Of a stretch of 64,000 nt of DNA, positions 51,191 to 63,768 are shown piece by piece. The stretch is taken from positions 16,717,394 to 16,781,393 of the forward strand of contig NC_057720.1 of the NCBI RefSeq assembly GCF_004010195.1, read 5' to 3'. A program made the translations under genes and the position numbers. The notes under the pieces are model-generated. The model did not search any database. It was not told where the DNA came from and saw only the letters and a program-made list of their open reading frames with translations. The DNA comes from Chiloscyllium plagiosum. Taxonomy: Eukaryota. Each line of letters begins with the position of its first letter. The stretch's first letter is position 1.

Positions 51191-54100
51191 TCTTTTTAAT
51201 AGATATTTTATTGAAAATTTAACATGTTTTTACAAACTTACAAAATAATACACACAAATACAAACATTAATATATAATTAAATATTAAATATATAATAAG
51301 CAAAACAGACAAAAAGAAGAGATTAAAAAAAGGAGAAAACAAAACTCAACTAACTACTGATCTAACCTATAATCAACCAGAGCGTATAATAAAATATCTT
51401 ACATTACTCAAAAGAGAAAAAAGGATAACATAGTAATTAAATAGGAAAGTACATGCTCGGAACAAATTAACATCAAGTCATAATAAAACCCATATTTACA
51501 CGGGATTCCTCCCCCAAGGGCCCCCGGACCAGCCAGAACCGTTACCGCAACTAGATGAAAGCCCTTGACAAAATGGCTGAAATATCTGTATCTGTATAAT
51601 TCAGAAAGGACTGCCATATTTTATAGAATAATTCAGTTTTTTAGTGCACCATATTTGTAAGGAAGTCAAGAGGAATACATTCCATAACCAACCTACACCA
51701 ATTTGAAAGTCCTGGAGGGCCCTCAGCTATCCAGTTTACTAAGATATTTTTCCTTGCACAAAAGGAGAGAATGGAAAATAATTTCCTCCCATGCACATCC
51801 AGGGATGGCATGCTCGAAAAACCCAGGAGAAGAGATACTGGATCTACTCTTAATTTCTGCTCCCAAGATTTCTGTCAAAGCATTTGCTACTCTGACCCAG
51901 TATTTGTGGATCTTATGGCATGTCCATAAGCAGTGTGTGAGAGTGCCCACCTCTATTTTACATTTGGGACACATTGGAGATGCTCCTGCCCTAAATTTTG
52001 CCAATCGTTCCGGTGCTATATGAGTCCTATGGAGTATCTTTAACTGAATGGCTTGGGTCTATTACAGATGGAGATTTTTCTGGCATTTTCCCAGATGTTG
52101 TCCCACATTTCTGTGGATATTTCCAACCCCAATTCCTGATCCCATGTTCTAAGCAAACGTTCCATGCATTCCGAAACTTCATTATGTAATAAATGATAGA
52201 GAGTGCTGACCGAGGGTAAACCCACTGGCCACAATACTCTTCGTTCCCTATCTGATTTATAAAGGCTATCTAATAACGTAGTAGTCTTCTTCTGTATGTA
52301 ATCTCGGATTTGGAAGTATCGAAAGAGATCTCCATTAGGTAGTCCAAATTTCTGGTGCAGCTGTTCAAGATATCATGACCCCCTCATCAAACAGATCCCC
52401 TAAACAGGAGATACCCCTGGACCTCCAGGATTTAAATGTGGCATCTGTGAGCCCCGGTTGAAAACCCCATGCCCCCACTATAGGAGTATAAGGGGAGGTT
52501 TTATGTGAATTACCCTTGTTTTGCCGCATTATCTTCCAGGCTTTAATTGTGTTTAATACTATAGGGTTTTTACAAGTCCATAATGACTTTCATATTATCT
52601 AAAAATAAGAGATTAATAAAAGGACACTTTGCTTGAGAAGCCTCGATGTCCAGCCAGATTGATTGCAGGTCAGACGAGATCCAATTGGCTATGTAGCTTA
52701 GTAGAGAACTCAGTTGATACTTCCTAAAGGAGAAAGTGAGGGCTGCAGATGCTGGAGATCAGAGCTGAAAATGTGTTGCTGGAAAAGCGCAGCAAGTCAG
52801 GCAGCATCCAAGGAACAGGAGAATCAACGTTTCGAGCATAAGCCTGAAGAAGGGCTTATGCCCGAAACATCGATTCTCCTGTTCCTTGGATGCTGCCTGA
52901 CCTGCTGTGCTTTTCCAGCAACACATTTTCAGCTCTGATACTTCCTAAAGTCTGGAAAATCTAGCGCTCCCCTTGCTTGTGGAAGCTGTAGCTTCTTTAA
53001 CTTAATGAGGGGCCGTCTATGATTCCAGATGAAAGAACCAAGCCAACCATATAATTTGTAAAGTGCTGGCCTCAGCAGCATCACTGGGAGCATTCTCATA
53101 GGGTATAAGAGCCAGGGCAAGACATTCATTTTAATTAGAGCTATTCTACCTCGCCAAGAAATTGGAAGATCCCCCCATCGTTGAAGGTCCTGCCTTATCC
53201 TTTCCAGTAGATGCACAAAATTGACCTTGTACAGCTGACCGAATACTGGGGTGATAAAAATACCTAAATATAAAAAACCCTCTGGAGACCACCGAAAGGG
53301 AAAATGAGATCCGTCCAATAAGTGGGACATACTAGCGAGGCCACCCATCGGCATGGCCTCCGATTTTGAGGAATTAATTTTGTAACCTGAGAATGCACTA
53401 AATAAATTAATAACTTGGATCAGGCGAGGCACGGACATCAAAGGATTACTAAGAAAAAGGAGAACATCATCTATATAAAGGGTAATTTTATGTTTATCCA
53501 TGCCAACCCTCGGGGCCGTTATATTAGAACTAGTGGCTCAATTATTAGCATGAATAGTAACGTTGAGAGAGGACATCCCTGACGGCAGCCCCTACCTACA
53601 CTGAAGCTATCTGAGTCTAAACCATTGGTGATCACGGCTGCTTTGGGGTCATTATACAATGTTGAGACCCATTTAGCAAATACTTCTCCAACGCCAAACC
53701 TTTCCAGTGTATAGAACAGGTATGACCATTCAACTCTGTCAAATGCCTTCTCTGCATCCAACGAGACTACTATTCCCGGTATTCTTTCCTGATGACAGAC
53801 TTGAATCACATTCAAAACCTTTCTAATATGATTACATGATCTACGGCCCTTGATAAACCCCGCCTGGTCCTCTTTTATGATATATGGCAATACCCTCTCC
53901 AGTCTCAATGCTCATGTTTTAGAAAGAATTTAAAAATCTACATTTAGCAAAGATATTGGTCTGTATGATGCGCAATCCTCTGGTCCTTTCCTTTTTTGAG
54001 AATGAGAGAAATATTCACTTCTCTCAACAAAGGCAGGAGGCAGCCCTGACTATATGAGTAGTTGTACATGTCCATAAGTGGACCAGCTAATACTCCTGTA

Positions 54101-57100
54101 AACTCTTTGTATAATTCAACCTGAAATCCATCTGGACCAGGTGTTTTACCACTCTGAAGCTGCCTGATTGTGTCAAGTACTTCCTGGGTTGTTAGGGGAG
54201 CATTCAGGACCGACACCTGCTCCAGGGTTAAGTCCGAAAAGGCCAGGCTTTTAAAAAAGGACTGCATCTTCCCAGCTCTATCTTCACAATCCTGCGATTT
54301 ATACAAATCAAAGTAAAACTTTCTGAAGATTGTGTTGATCCTTTTATGATCATGAGTAAGAGTACCAGCACTTTCCCTGATCGACATGATAGCTTGAGGG
54401 GCCTTTTTTTTCATTGCGAGAAACGTTAGGTATCTACCAGGCTTATCGCCATATTCATATAATCTTTGCTTTGCAAATAATATTTCCCTCTTTGCCATTT
54501 GGGTAAGCGTGGTATTCATGGCTGTCCTAAGGGCCATAATCATTTGTAATTTAGCAACAGAGGGCCTATTAACGTACGCTGTCTCAGCTGCCTTTAAGCG
54601 AGCCTCGAGTAGATGTTGTTGTTCTCCCTTTTGTTTTTTCTGTGTCGCCGAGAATGAAATGATCAGACCCCACGCATAAGCGTTAATGGTCTCCCACATC
54701 ATCGACGGGTTACTAGCCGTACCTGAATTAATTTCCAAAAAAGTTTTGAATTCTTGAGAGAAATATTTTACGAATTTACTATCCTTCATTAAGAAAGAGT
54801 CCATATGCCAATGTCAGGGGGCCGTCTCATTGTTCCTAGTCTTGACTTCCATATACACTGCAGCATGATCAGAAATTATTATATTACCTATTTTGCGGAT
54901 AATATGGAATTCGAAAAGGTCGAGAGGGCAAAAAACATATCAATTCTAGTGTGACACTTATGTGGATTAGAATAAAAAGGGAAAGCTCTGCCTTGCAGGT
55001 GGAGGGACCTCCGTACATCTACTAATCCGAGGTCTTTATTCAAATCCGCCAATTGCCTGGATCTGGGGGATGTACCTGCAGTATTCTTGCGTATCCTGTC
55101 TGTCTCCGGGCCCATAATGCAATTAAAATCTCCTCCTATAATTGTGTAACGAGCCCCGAGAGCCATCAGTTTGGAGAATGCTTCCATTATAAATTTGAAA
55201 TGATGTGCCGGGGGACAATAAAGATTCAAGATTCCATATTCCTCTCCATTTATAAAGGCTTTAATCAGTATATACTGTTCAGATTCATCTTTTATCTGAC
55301 TTAAGATTTTGAAAGGGAGATTCTTCCGAATGAGAATAACTAATCCCCTACTTTTTGAACTGAAGGATGAAAAGGAGGCCTGATCAAATCACCCTGTTAC
55401 AATTTCAAGTGTTCTTTATCCTGTAAATGTGTCTCCTGTAAGAGAGCTATATCAACCCTTTCTTTTTTGAGGTTTGATCGTATTTTCTTCCTTTTGTTTG
55501 GCGAATTACTCCCCTTGACATTCCAGGTGCATCATTTAATCGAATGACTAACCATAATCGTCCAGGCATGTCCAAGACCCCCTGGGAGGAAGAACCCCAT
55601 CCAAAACACCCCAGGCATAGACCATAGAAAATTCATAAAAATAGAGATTCTTTAATACACTCACGCAATATAGTAAAAAACTATCTAAATTAAAAAAAAA
55701 CATATTTAAAAGGAGATTTTCCCCCTTCCTTCCAGGGGTCATCACTTCCTATCTGAAAACCCATCGTATCCTCTCCCAAACAGTGCCCCACCCTCGACCC
55801 AGGCACCCCATAATAAAATAGAAAAATTCAAGTGTACTATAAAGCTAAAGTTAACCGTGAGTACCCTAGCCCCCCACCCATACCAACAACTAGATACATT
55901 TAGTAACGATACTACCATGTATAAATTATAAAGTTACAGCCTGAACAGATAATAAGTAAGTGTAATAACACAAAAATAAAAAATAGGAAAAAACCCTATT
56001 CTAAAAGAAAGAAATAAGGTAGGACAAAGCAAACACCCCCCCTCACCTGAATCAACGAAACCGCCTGGCCTATATAAAAAAAGGAAATTGCATAGTGGAG
56101 AACAAATAAGCCCCCCTCCCTACCCTCCAGAGATGATATTAAACAGTAAAGGAAATAAGGGAAAAAAAAGAAGGGTAAACCGGGGGAGGGGGGACAGAAC
56201 AGCATCATTAACCACTCGGATTAATTCTTACAATCTATTTAAGAGAGTCCAAAATTCCTTGGCCTTCTCAGGCGATCCGAAGTTATAGACAGATCCTTCA
56301 TGGTTAAAATGCAGTGTCACTGGGTAATGCAAGAATTACTGAATGTTTAAGTCCCTTAGACGCTTCTTCATTTCATCAAATGCCCTCCTCTTGCAGACCA
56401 AAGCTGGGGAAAAATCCTGAAACAGCATAATCCCAGATCCCTTATATGTCATGGCCTGGGGATCTTTCCTGAGGGTTCTGGAGGCTTCCAGGACCATTTG
56501 CTTCTCTCTGTAACACTGAAGCCGGAACAGGACCGGGCGGGAACGCTGGTCCGACCCGGGCCTGCGTATTGCAACCCGGTGGGCCCATTCTACCTGCACC
56601 TGGCCTGATCCAGCCTCCAGCTTCAACATCTGAGGGAGCCACTGCTCCAAAAGCTCTGCAAGCTGGCCTTCCTCTTCCCGTTCGGGAAGGCCTAGCAAAC
56701 GAGTATTTTTTCGACAACCCCGATTCTCGAGGTCATCGATGTGATCTTCTAAGGCGAGAGTCTGGACCCGACCCATGGTCGATTCTGCAGCAGCCTCAGA
56801 GGTCGCAGGCCTTTAGCTACACCCCTCCAACTCGATGTTCGATTTTTTTCAATATCTCGGTAGTGCTTTTGCAGCACGACCGAGAGCGATTCCCACCTGC
56901 TACTGGACTCCTCTGTGAAGACGTCGAACTTCTCTTCCAGCTTGGTAATTACAGCAACAAGGCTCGCCACCGTAGGTAAGTCCCCCGGGGCGGCTGCGGA
57001 CACCTCTGCTGCAGCTGGGGAGGATGGGGGAGGGGTTCCTGCCTGCTGCAAGCTGCGGGCATTCTTTCCCTTAGTCATTTTAACAAAGCACCAAACTACT

Positions 57101-57248
57101 CAAGTTTGATGCAAAATGACTAACTGTATTGAGTAACTGTACTTGAATGGTTTGGCAGGTGTGGTGGAGGCGGGCAGCCCACTTTGCCTGAGTCTTGGAC
57201 AGAGCACTACAACTCAGACTTGCTGGGTTGCCGCCACCTTGGATCTCC
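51191..57248 (-). mobile_element. Full-length but disrupted L1-clade LINE (5' UTR, ORF1 from 57078, long spacer, ORF2 from 55555)
   Basis: ORF1 DDLENRGCRKNTRLLGLPE; ORF2 TWNVKG, QETHL, SLDAEKAFDRVEW, RQGCPLS, LYIDD, CPKC...HCLWTC; 11-bp TSD TGCAGGGGATT at 51180-51190 and 57249-57259. Confidence 0.95.
52730..52935. mobile_element. Fold-back family A element inserted in L1 ORF2
   Basis: 15-bp TSD TGATACTTCCTAAAG at 52715-52729 and 52936-52950; CTGAAGA...GAAAC core at 52844-52868. Confidence 0.88.
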
Positions 57249-58491
57249 TGCAGGGGATTCTGATGAAACTGAACTACAAGAGCAACCACCCCAGCACCCA
57301 CAAGTGAAGCTGCATTAAAACATTATTGAGATGGGCAAGAACACACCGCAGCAACCCAGAATTCCAGAATGCAGAACAGAAACACCTATTCAAGGGATTT
57401 AAATGAAATGGGTACCCCAAGAGGACTATCATCCGATACTTAGGTAACAAACCTAAAGGAGAAAACACCACACAACCAGACACGATAGTCACCATGCTGT
57501 ACATCAAAGACATATTAGAAATGATTACCCAACTACTCAGACCCCTCGGAATCTTAGTGACCCCACAAACCAGTGAACACCTTTCACCAGCATCTCACAA
57601 AGGTTAAAGACCCAACACCCACATCCAACAGGACAAACGTTATCTACAAGATACCCTTACTGTGCGAGTGCATGAACACCAGCTTGCCACTGCCAGATGT
57701 AACCGGTACTCCCTCATTTCTAACCACATAGATAACAAAGAATACAAATTCAAATGGGACAATGTAACCATTCCATCACAGACAAAATAGGGACACTTAA
57801 GAAAATTCCTTGAAGCCCGGTACTCCAACTGTAACTGAATCAAAAAACAGTGTTGATGATGCTCCTTTAACAAGGTTAAGTTGTCCTTTTTTTAAGAGGG
57901 ATCATAAACACAGAGACTCCAGGAGGTCTAAGTTTGAAGGGTTTTAGGGCCAGTTTGATTATAGCTGACACATACTGCCTCAAGAAAAAGACTTTCAAGT
58001 TTTAGAAAAATAACCAATTGTACAATGAAAAGGAAGTGGCCAGTTTTCCTAGCTCAGCTTTACTCTGGTTTGGTTTGGTTTTAGCAAACAGTCAGTTGTG
58101 AAGCTGCTGGACCCAAAGAAGCAAATCCATGCTGATTTTCCCTCTTTTTGACATCTCTTCTGTAAAACTCTATGTTTGATTGTTTGATTTTACCTTTTTT
58201 TCCAAGGGGTGTTTATGGGGATTGTTGCACGTGTTTGGAACAGCATCATTAAGTTGGGATAATCTGTTGGGTTTTTGGATAAGTTAAGTTATTCTATATT
58301 TGGTCCTCTCTTGTTTGTGTTTCATTCAGTAATCTTGCAAATAAATTTTGTTTTGTTTAAAACTAAGCGGTTGGGCCAGCTGCACCACTCCTGGAATATT
58401 TACTTTATACCTGATTAAAACAACTAGCAAAGTTAGCATCCTAGCTACTTTCTTAAAACATTTGAGGGGTCTGGCCTGGTCCATAACAGAT

Positions 58492-58509
58492 TGGGGGCTT
58501 GTCCAGGAT
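58492..58509 (+). promoter_or_regulatory. tRNA-Pro primer binding site
   Basis: TGGGGGCTTGTCCAGGAT vs canonical TGGGGGCTCGTCCGGGAT, just after the 5' LTR. Confidence 0.85.
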
Positions 58510-59156
58510 TTGTTCTATAGTTCCAAATTGGGATTAGGGTTGTTGGACTCAAAGGCTGTGAGTGGCAGGTGTTAGTGTCTTTTGTTCTGGGTGTTAATTT
58601 TGGTAGGTTTAAACAATGCTTGGGATAGCAATGGCTCTTTCAGTCACCAAGAGTTTTCGGGGGAGGGAAGTAGTAACTTTGGGAGTTTTACCAACGGTGA
58701 ATAAGGCAAAGCTGCTGGAATTAGCAGACAAGCTGGGGTTTGTGGCTGCCTCCTTCCATAAGAGAAGGAGAGATAATTACAGCAATAGCTCAACATTTAA
58801 ATTTGTGAGAAATGCCATCAGAATCTTTAGAGATGGCTAAAGTTCAATTGAAAATGAAACAACTTGAGGCAAAAGTTAAGGAAAGGGCAACAGAAATGAA
58901 ATGGTTTGAATTATGATTAAGAGCAGAGGAAAGGGGAAAAGAACAAATTGATGTAGCAAACAAAAAGAAAAAGAGAGACAAAAGAGACAGTTGAGAGAAA
59001 AGGAAGAAAGAGAGGGAGTTTGAACTTCAGAAATTAGCACTTAAACAGGAAAGTCGGCTTAAAAGGATGGAAATGAAGGCTGAAGATAAACTTAGTGAGG
59101 ATGATCAAACCCATGGTAGCCAAAGGCCTGGTCAGAAACTGTTTAAATATATTCAG

Positions 59157-59662
59157 GATGTGGAGATGCCAGTGTTGGACTGTTGGACAAAGTTAAAAAT
59201 CACAGAACACCAGGTCCAACAGGTTTATATGGATGCACTATCTTTTGGAGCGATGCTCTTTCATCTGGTAGCTGTCAAGCAGGATCATAAGACATAGAAT
59301 TTACAGCAAAATGATACAGCTGAAATGATATATTGAACCAACTGAGATTGCTGTTAAGTATTTCATCTTTTAGAACGGACTGCAGATTTCGGTTCATTAA
59401 TATGTAAATCCCGGGACTTCTTTTACATCACATTCTGGAAGTAACTTAAGGTTTTCTTTTTAAAAAGGTGACAGTGTATTAAAGGTGTGAGGTTAGAGTC
59501 TGTCTACATCCCAATCTTGAGTCAGACTGGTTCTATTTCCAAAGTAGAAATGTTTAAAATGTTATATGGATTGACCGCCTGCATTGACTGCCTGCAGGTT
59601 GTGAGCTTTTTAGCAAAATAGAATGTATTCTCAAATGCAAATTCACCCCATAGACTTACACG
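59157..59662 (-). mobile_element. Family D Penelope-derived terminal piece at the gag/integrase deletion junction
   Basis: Same sequence family as 8317-8705, but longer. Confidence 0.75.
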
Positions 59663-62600
59663 TGTGTGTGCAAGTGTCACAAGGATGTAGTTGAATTTTG
59701 CCAGACCTATGGAAAACCACAGACTGCAATAAAACTCGCACCTTTAATACCTATTCCCGCAGTTGAGGAACCTTTTACAAGAGTCTTAATTGATTGCATA
59801 GGACCCCTACCCAAAACAAAAAGTGGGAATCAGTATTTTTTAACAATAATGGATGTGTCCTCTAGATTTCCAGAGGCCGTTCCATTACGCAGCATAACAG
59901 CTACTAGGATTGTAAAAGAATTACTCAAATTTTTCACTCGATACAGACTACCCACAGAGATACAATCAGATGAAGGGTCACATTTAAATTGAAATTATTC
60001 AAGGAAGTTATGGACATCTAAAGAAAAACACAATTCAAATCTACTGCGTACTATCCAGAGTCAGAGGGAATGCTCAAAAAGTGGCACCAGACATTAAAGA
60101 CCAGGTTGAGGATTTATGGTTAAGACTATCCAGATGATTGGGTTAAGGGAATTCTGTTTGTACTTTTTGCGATCAGAGATGCACCAAATGAATCAACCAA
60201 ATTCAGTCCATTTGAATTAGTTTTTGAGCAAGAAGTGAGAGGACTGCTAATTGCATATTTGGACTATGTGTCAAATTTTAGGGAACAATTAAATAGAGCA
60301 GGGGAGTTGGCTAGACGGCATTTAAAAGTATCACGGCATACAATGAAACAGGAAACCGACAAGAAATCAAAAACTTACAATTTTGCTATCAAATGTTAGT
60401 TTTGCTATAAAATGTTAGTGTTACTTCCAATGATTGGTGAACCTTTGAAAGCAAGGTTTAGTGGACCTTATCAAGTCGAAAGGAAATTGAGGTGAACTAT
60501 TTGATAAAGACTGCAGACAGAAAGAAATCTCGCAGAGTGTGTCCTGTGAATATACTCAAAAGATATTTTGACAGGGAAGGACGGCCAAGTAGACTGTGTT
60601 ATTGGTTGCAACACAGAGAGAAGAATCAAGTTTAGAGGATTTTGATTTGGACATTCCTCAAATTAAATTTGACAATGAGGAAGTTGTCAAAAATTGGGAT
60701 AAGTTATTGAGCCACCTTTCAAAGGAAAATTTAAATGACCTGAAAGAGTTATTACTATCACATGGGGAGATATGTGGAAATAAGCTGGGAAGTACTAATC
60801 TAATTATGCAAGATGTAGATATAGGCGATGCTGTTCTGATTAAGCAACATCCTTAATGGCATAACCCTCTAAAGTTGGCACAGGTCAAAAGGAGATTGAA
60901 CACATGCTCCCAGATGATAGAATTGAAGTAGGTTACAGTGACTGGAGCTCAACCATAGTAATGGTGCCAAAACCAGATGGTACCCAATAGTTATGTGTGG
61001 ACTATTGCAAAATCAATACAGTTACAAAGACATTGCATATCTGATTCCGCATTTGGAAGACTGTGTTGCAAAGATGGCACAAGTACCTAAGTTGGACTTG
61101 TTCAGAGGTCACTGGCAGGTACCTTTGTCCAAAAGAGTGAAGGACAATTTCAGCTTTCGTAACTCCAAATGGACTGTATCAGTTTAAAGTCATGGCATTT
61201 GGTATGAAAGATGCGCCAGCCACTTTTAAGAGACTTATCAATAACGTCATTGCCGGATTACCAAATTGTGTAGTTTGTATTGATGACGTGGTGATTCTTA
61301 GTTACACATGGAAGGAATATTTGCAACATTTATCAGAATTGTTTGATCGACTTCAGGAGGCAGGCTTGGTGATAAACCTGGCTAAAAGTGAATTTGACAA
61401 AGCCAAATTCATCTTCCTTGGCCATATAATTGGACATGGATAAATGGTCCCTCGGAATGCAAAAACAAAAGTAATCGGGGAGTGTCTCATTAAAAAAAAC
61501 AGTATTATGATTCCTGGGATCTTATTGAAAATTCATACCAAATTATATAGTGTGTCTGCTTCACTCACTGAATCGCAAAAGAAAGGCAAGAAGTTTCAGT
61601 GGAGAGTGAACTGTCAGAAGGTGTTTGACAGTCTGAAAGCTGTGTTAACCCCTGCCCTAGTATTAGCCATGCCTAATTACACAAAGCCAGTCAAAGTGAC
61701 TATCAATGCGAGTGATGTGGGTGTCGGTGCTGTGCTCTTACCAGAAGACAATGAGTAAATAGATCTATTGGGTATTTCTCCAGGAAATTGAACATTCATC
61801 AGCAGAAATATCCAACAGTTGAGAAGGAGACTTTGAACTTGATGTTGGCTTTACAACATTTCAGTGTTTATTTTACCAGTAATGTGTCTGAGACAATCAT
61901 ATATGCTTGTGGAAATTTGTGGAGAAATTTAATGATAAAAATGTCAGACTTTCAATGGAGCATGTTCATACAGCTATTCAATTTGAAAATTGTGCATATG
62001 GCAGGATAGGAAAACATGATTACTGATGCATTGTTGAGACTTGAATGAGAAATGGAGGTAATTGATGGCGGGGTAAAATATACTGATACAAAATGTAGTA
62101 GTGCATGTTTGCATGATTATTGTCAATGTAATGTGTATGGATGTTGTAGTGTATTAACAATTTAAGATTAAGGGGTTTTAAAATGGAGCTATTTTGGATA
62201 TTGATGGTTCATGTTTTTTAAGGTGGGAGGTGTGATAATGCTGCTCCTTTAACAAGGTAATGTTTTTTTTCCAGAGGAGTCGTAAACACAGAGACTCCAG
62301 GGGGTCTAGATTTGAAGCGTTTTAGGGCCAATTTGATTACAGCTAATAGATACTGCCTCAGGAAAAAGGTTTTCAAGTTTAAAAAAGCATTCGTACAATG
62401 AAAGGGGAGTGGGCCAGTTCTCGTGTCTCAGCTTTTCTCTGGTTTGGCTTGGTTTTGGCAAGCAGTCAGTTGGGAAGCTGCTAGATCCAACGAAGCAGGT
62501 CCTCCCTGATGCTTCCTCTCTCTAGCATTTCTCCTGTGAGACCCTGTGTTTGATTTTACCTTTTTTGCCAAGGGGTGTTGATGGGAATTGTTGCAATTAT

Positions 62601-62715
62601 TTGGAACAGCATCATTAAGTTGGGATAATCTGTTGGGTTTTTGGATAGGTTGTTATTCTATATTCTGTTCTCTTTTGTTTGTGATTCATTTGATAATCTT
62701 ATAAATAACTTCTGT

Positions 62716-62782
62716 TTTAGATTAGATTTGATTGGATTCCCGACAGTGTGGAAACAGGCCCTTTAGCCCAACATGTCCACAC
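62716..62782 (-). mobile_element. HE1 SINE 3' stub in the 3' LTR
   Basis: ttagattag...cagtgtggaaacaggccc; absent from the 5' LTR. Confidence 0.8.
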
Positions 62783-63159
62783 CAATTTTGTTTCAAGAGA
62801 AGTGATTGGGCCAGCTGCATAACTCCTGCAATATCCACTTTACATCTGGTTAAAACAAATAGCAAAGTTAGCATCTGGGCTACTTTATTGAAACGTTTTG
62901 AGGGGGCCTGGCCTGGTCCATAACAAAACATTTTGAACTAGACCCCAAATCCGAACGATTCAGACACAGAACCAGAAGTACATAAAACAGGGACACAGAA
63001 ATACTAGGCTGGACAGACCATCAACACTTTATTGAAGATGCACTAACAATGTCACCTAACGAGGTGATGAAATATCTGCAGAAAAACACACCAGCTTGGC
63101 AAATTTAATTTTCTGGACATGCTTCCAGTCATAGCTAACGATATCAGACTTTGGACGCA

Positions 63160-63768
63160 GAAAGCTCCAGTCATTCAAAACTGAAACAACCGGTTGTGAT
63201 GGAGAAATGAAAGGGCCATCACGACGAGAATTGAAACCTGTTTGGACCCAGAGAGACCAGCTCACGGTAAAGCTCGACGTATTGATACTGGGAGCAAGAG
63301 TGATTGTCCTGGGCAAAGGTCGCCATCAAGTACTGTCTGAATTCCACCAGGCAAAAGTGAGGACTGCAGATGCTGGAGATCAGAGTCTAGATTAGAGATG
63401 TGCTGGGAAAGCACAGCAGGTCAGGCAGTATCAAATGAAGGGCTTTTGCCTGAAATGTCAATTTTCTTGCTCCTCGGATGCTGCCTGACCGGTTGTGCTT
63501 TTCCAGCACCGCTCTAATCTAGACTCTGAATTCCACCAGAGCCATACAAGGGTCTCCAAAATGTTGTGGAGTAGTTATGTGTGTCGGCCAGGCCTGGATG
63601 CAGACATAGCTGTATTGGTGGGTAGTGCCAAGAGCGCCAACATGGACAGAAATTACCACTAACAGCTCCCTCACATCCATGGGAATAAATGAGTAAGCCT
63701 TGGACCCAGTTGCATTTTGACTGTGCATGTCCTTTCATGAGTTCAAAGTTCTTAGTCATTGTAGATGT
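63160..63768 (+). mobile_element. Gypsy (K02A2.6-like) integrase zinc-binding region and core start
   Basis: ELKPVWTQRDQLTV...LGARVIV; HPWE..KPW..LHFD..PF...FLVIVD. Confidence 0.78.
63351..63524. mobile_element. Fold-back family A variant
   Basis: 15-bp TSD TCTGAATTCCACCAG at 63336-63350 and 63525-63539. Confidence 0.85.

Larger units (their letters stand above)
57849..62925 (+). mobile_element. Two-LTR Gmr1-like Gypsy retrotransposon, decayed and internally deleted
   Basis: LTRs 57849-58488 and 62231-62925 both end CATAACA; TSD AAAC; PPT before 62231; integrase (59666-60560) upstream of RT/RNaseH (60900-62040). Confidence 0.92.
57270..63150 (+). mobile_element. Penelope-like element remnant (RT thumb, GIY-YIG, 3' terminus), split by the Gmr1-like insertion
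   Basis: Remnants NGYP, LYIKDI...LLRPLGI, NVIYKIP, RVHEHQLA, FLEA; frame IKK|HFELDP rejoins across 57848/62930; hammerhead relic at 63040-63079. Confidence 0.8.

Noticed and set aside
57849..62925. Endogenous retrovirus because of the tRNA-Pro PBS
   Set aside because: No env; RT and integrase are Gypsy-type and in Gmr1 order
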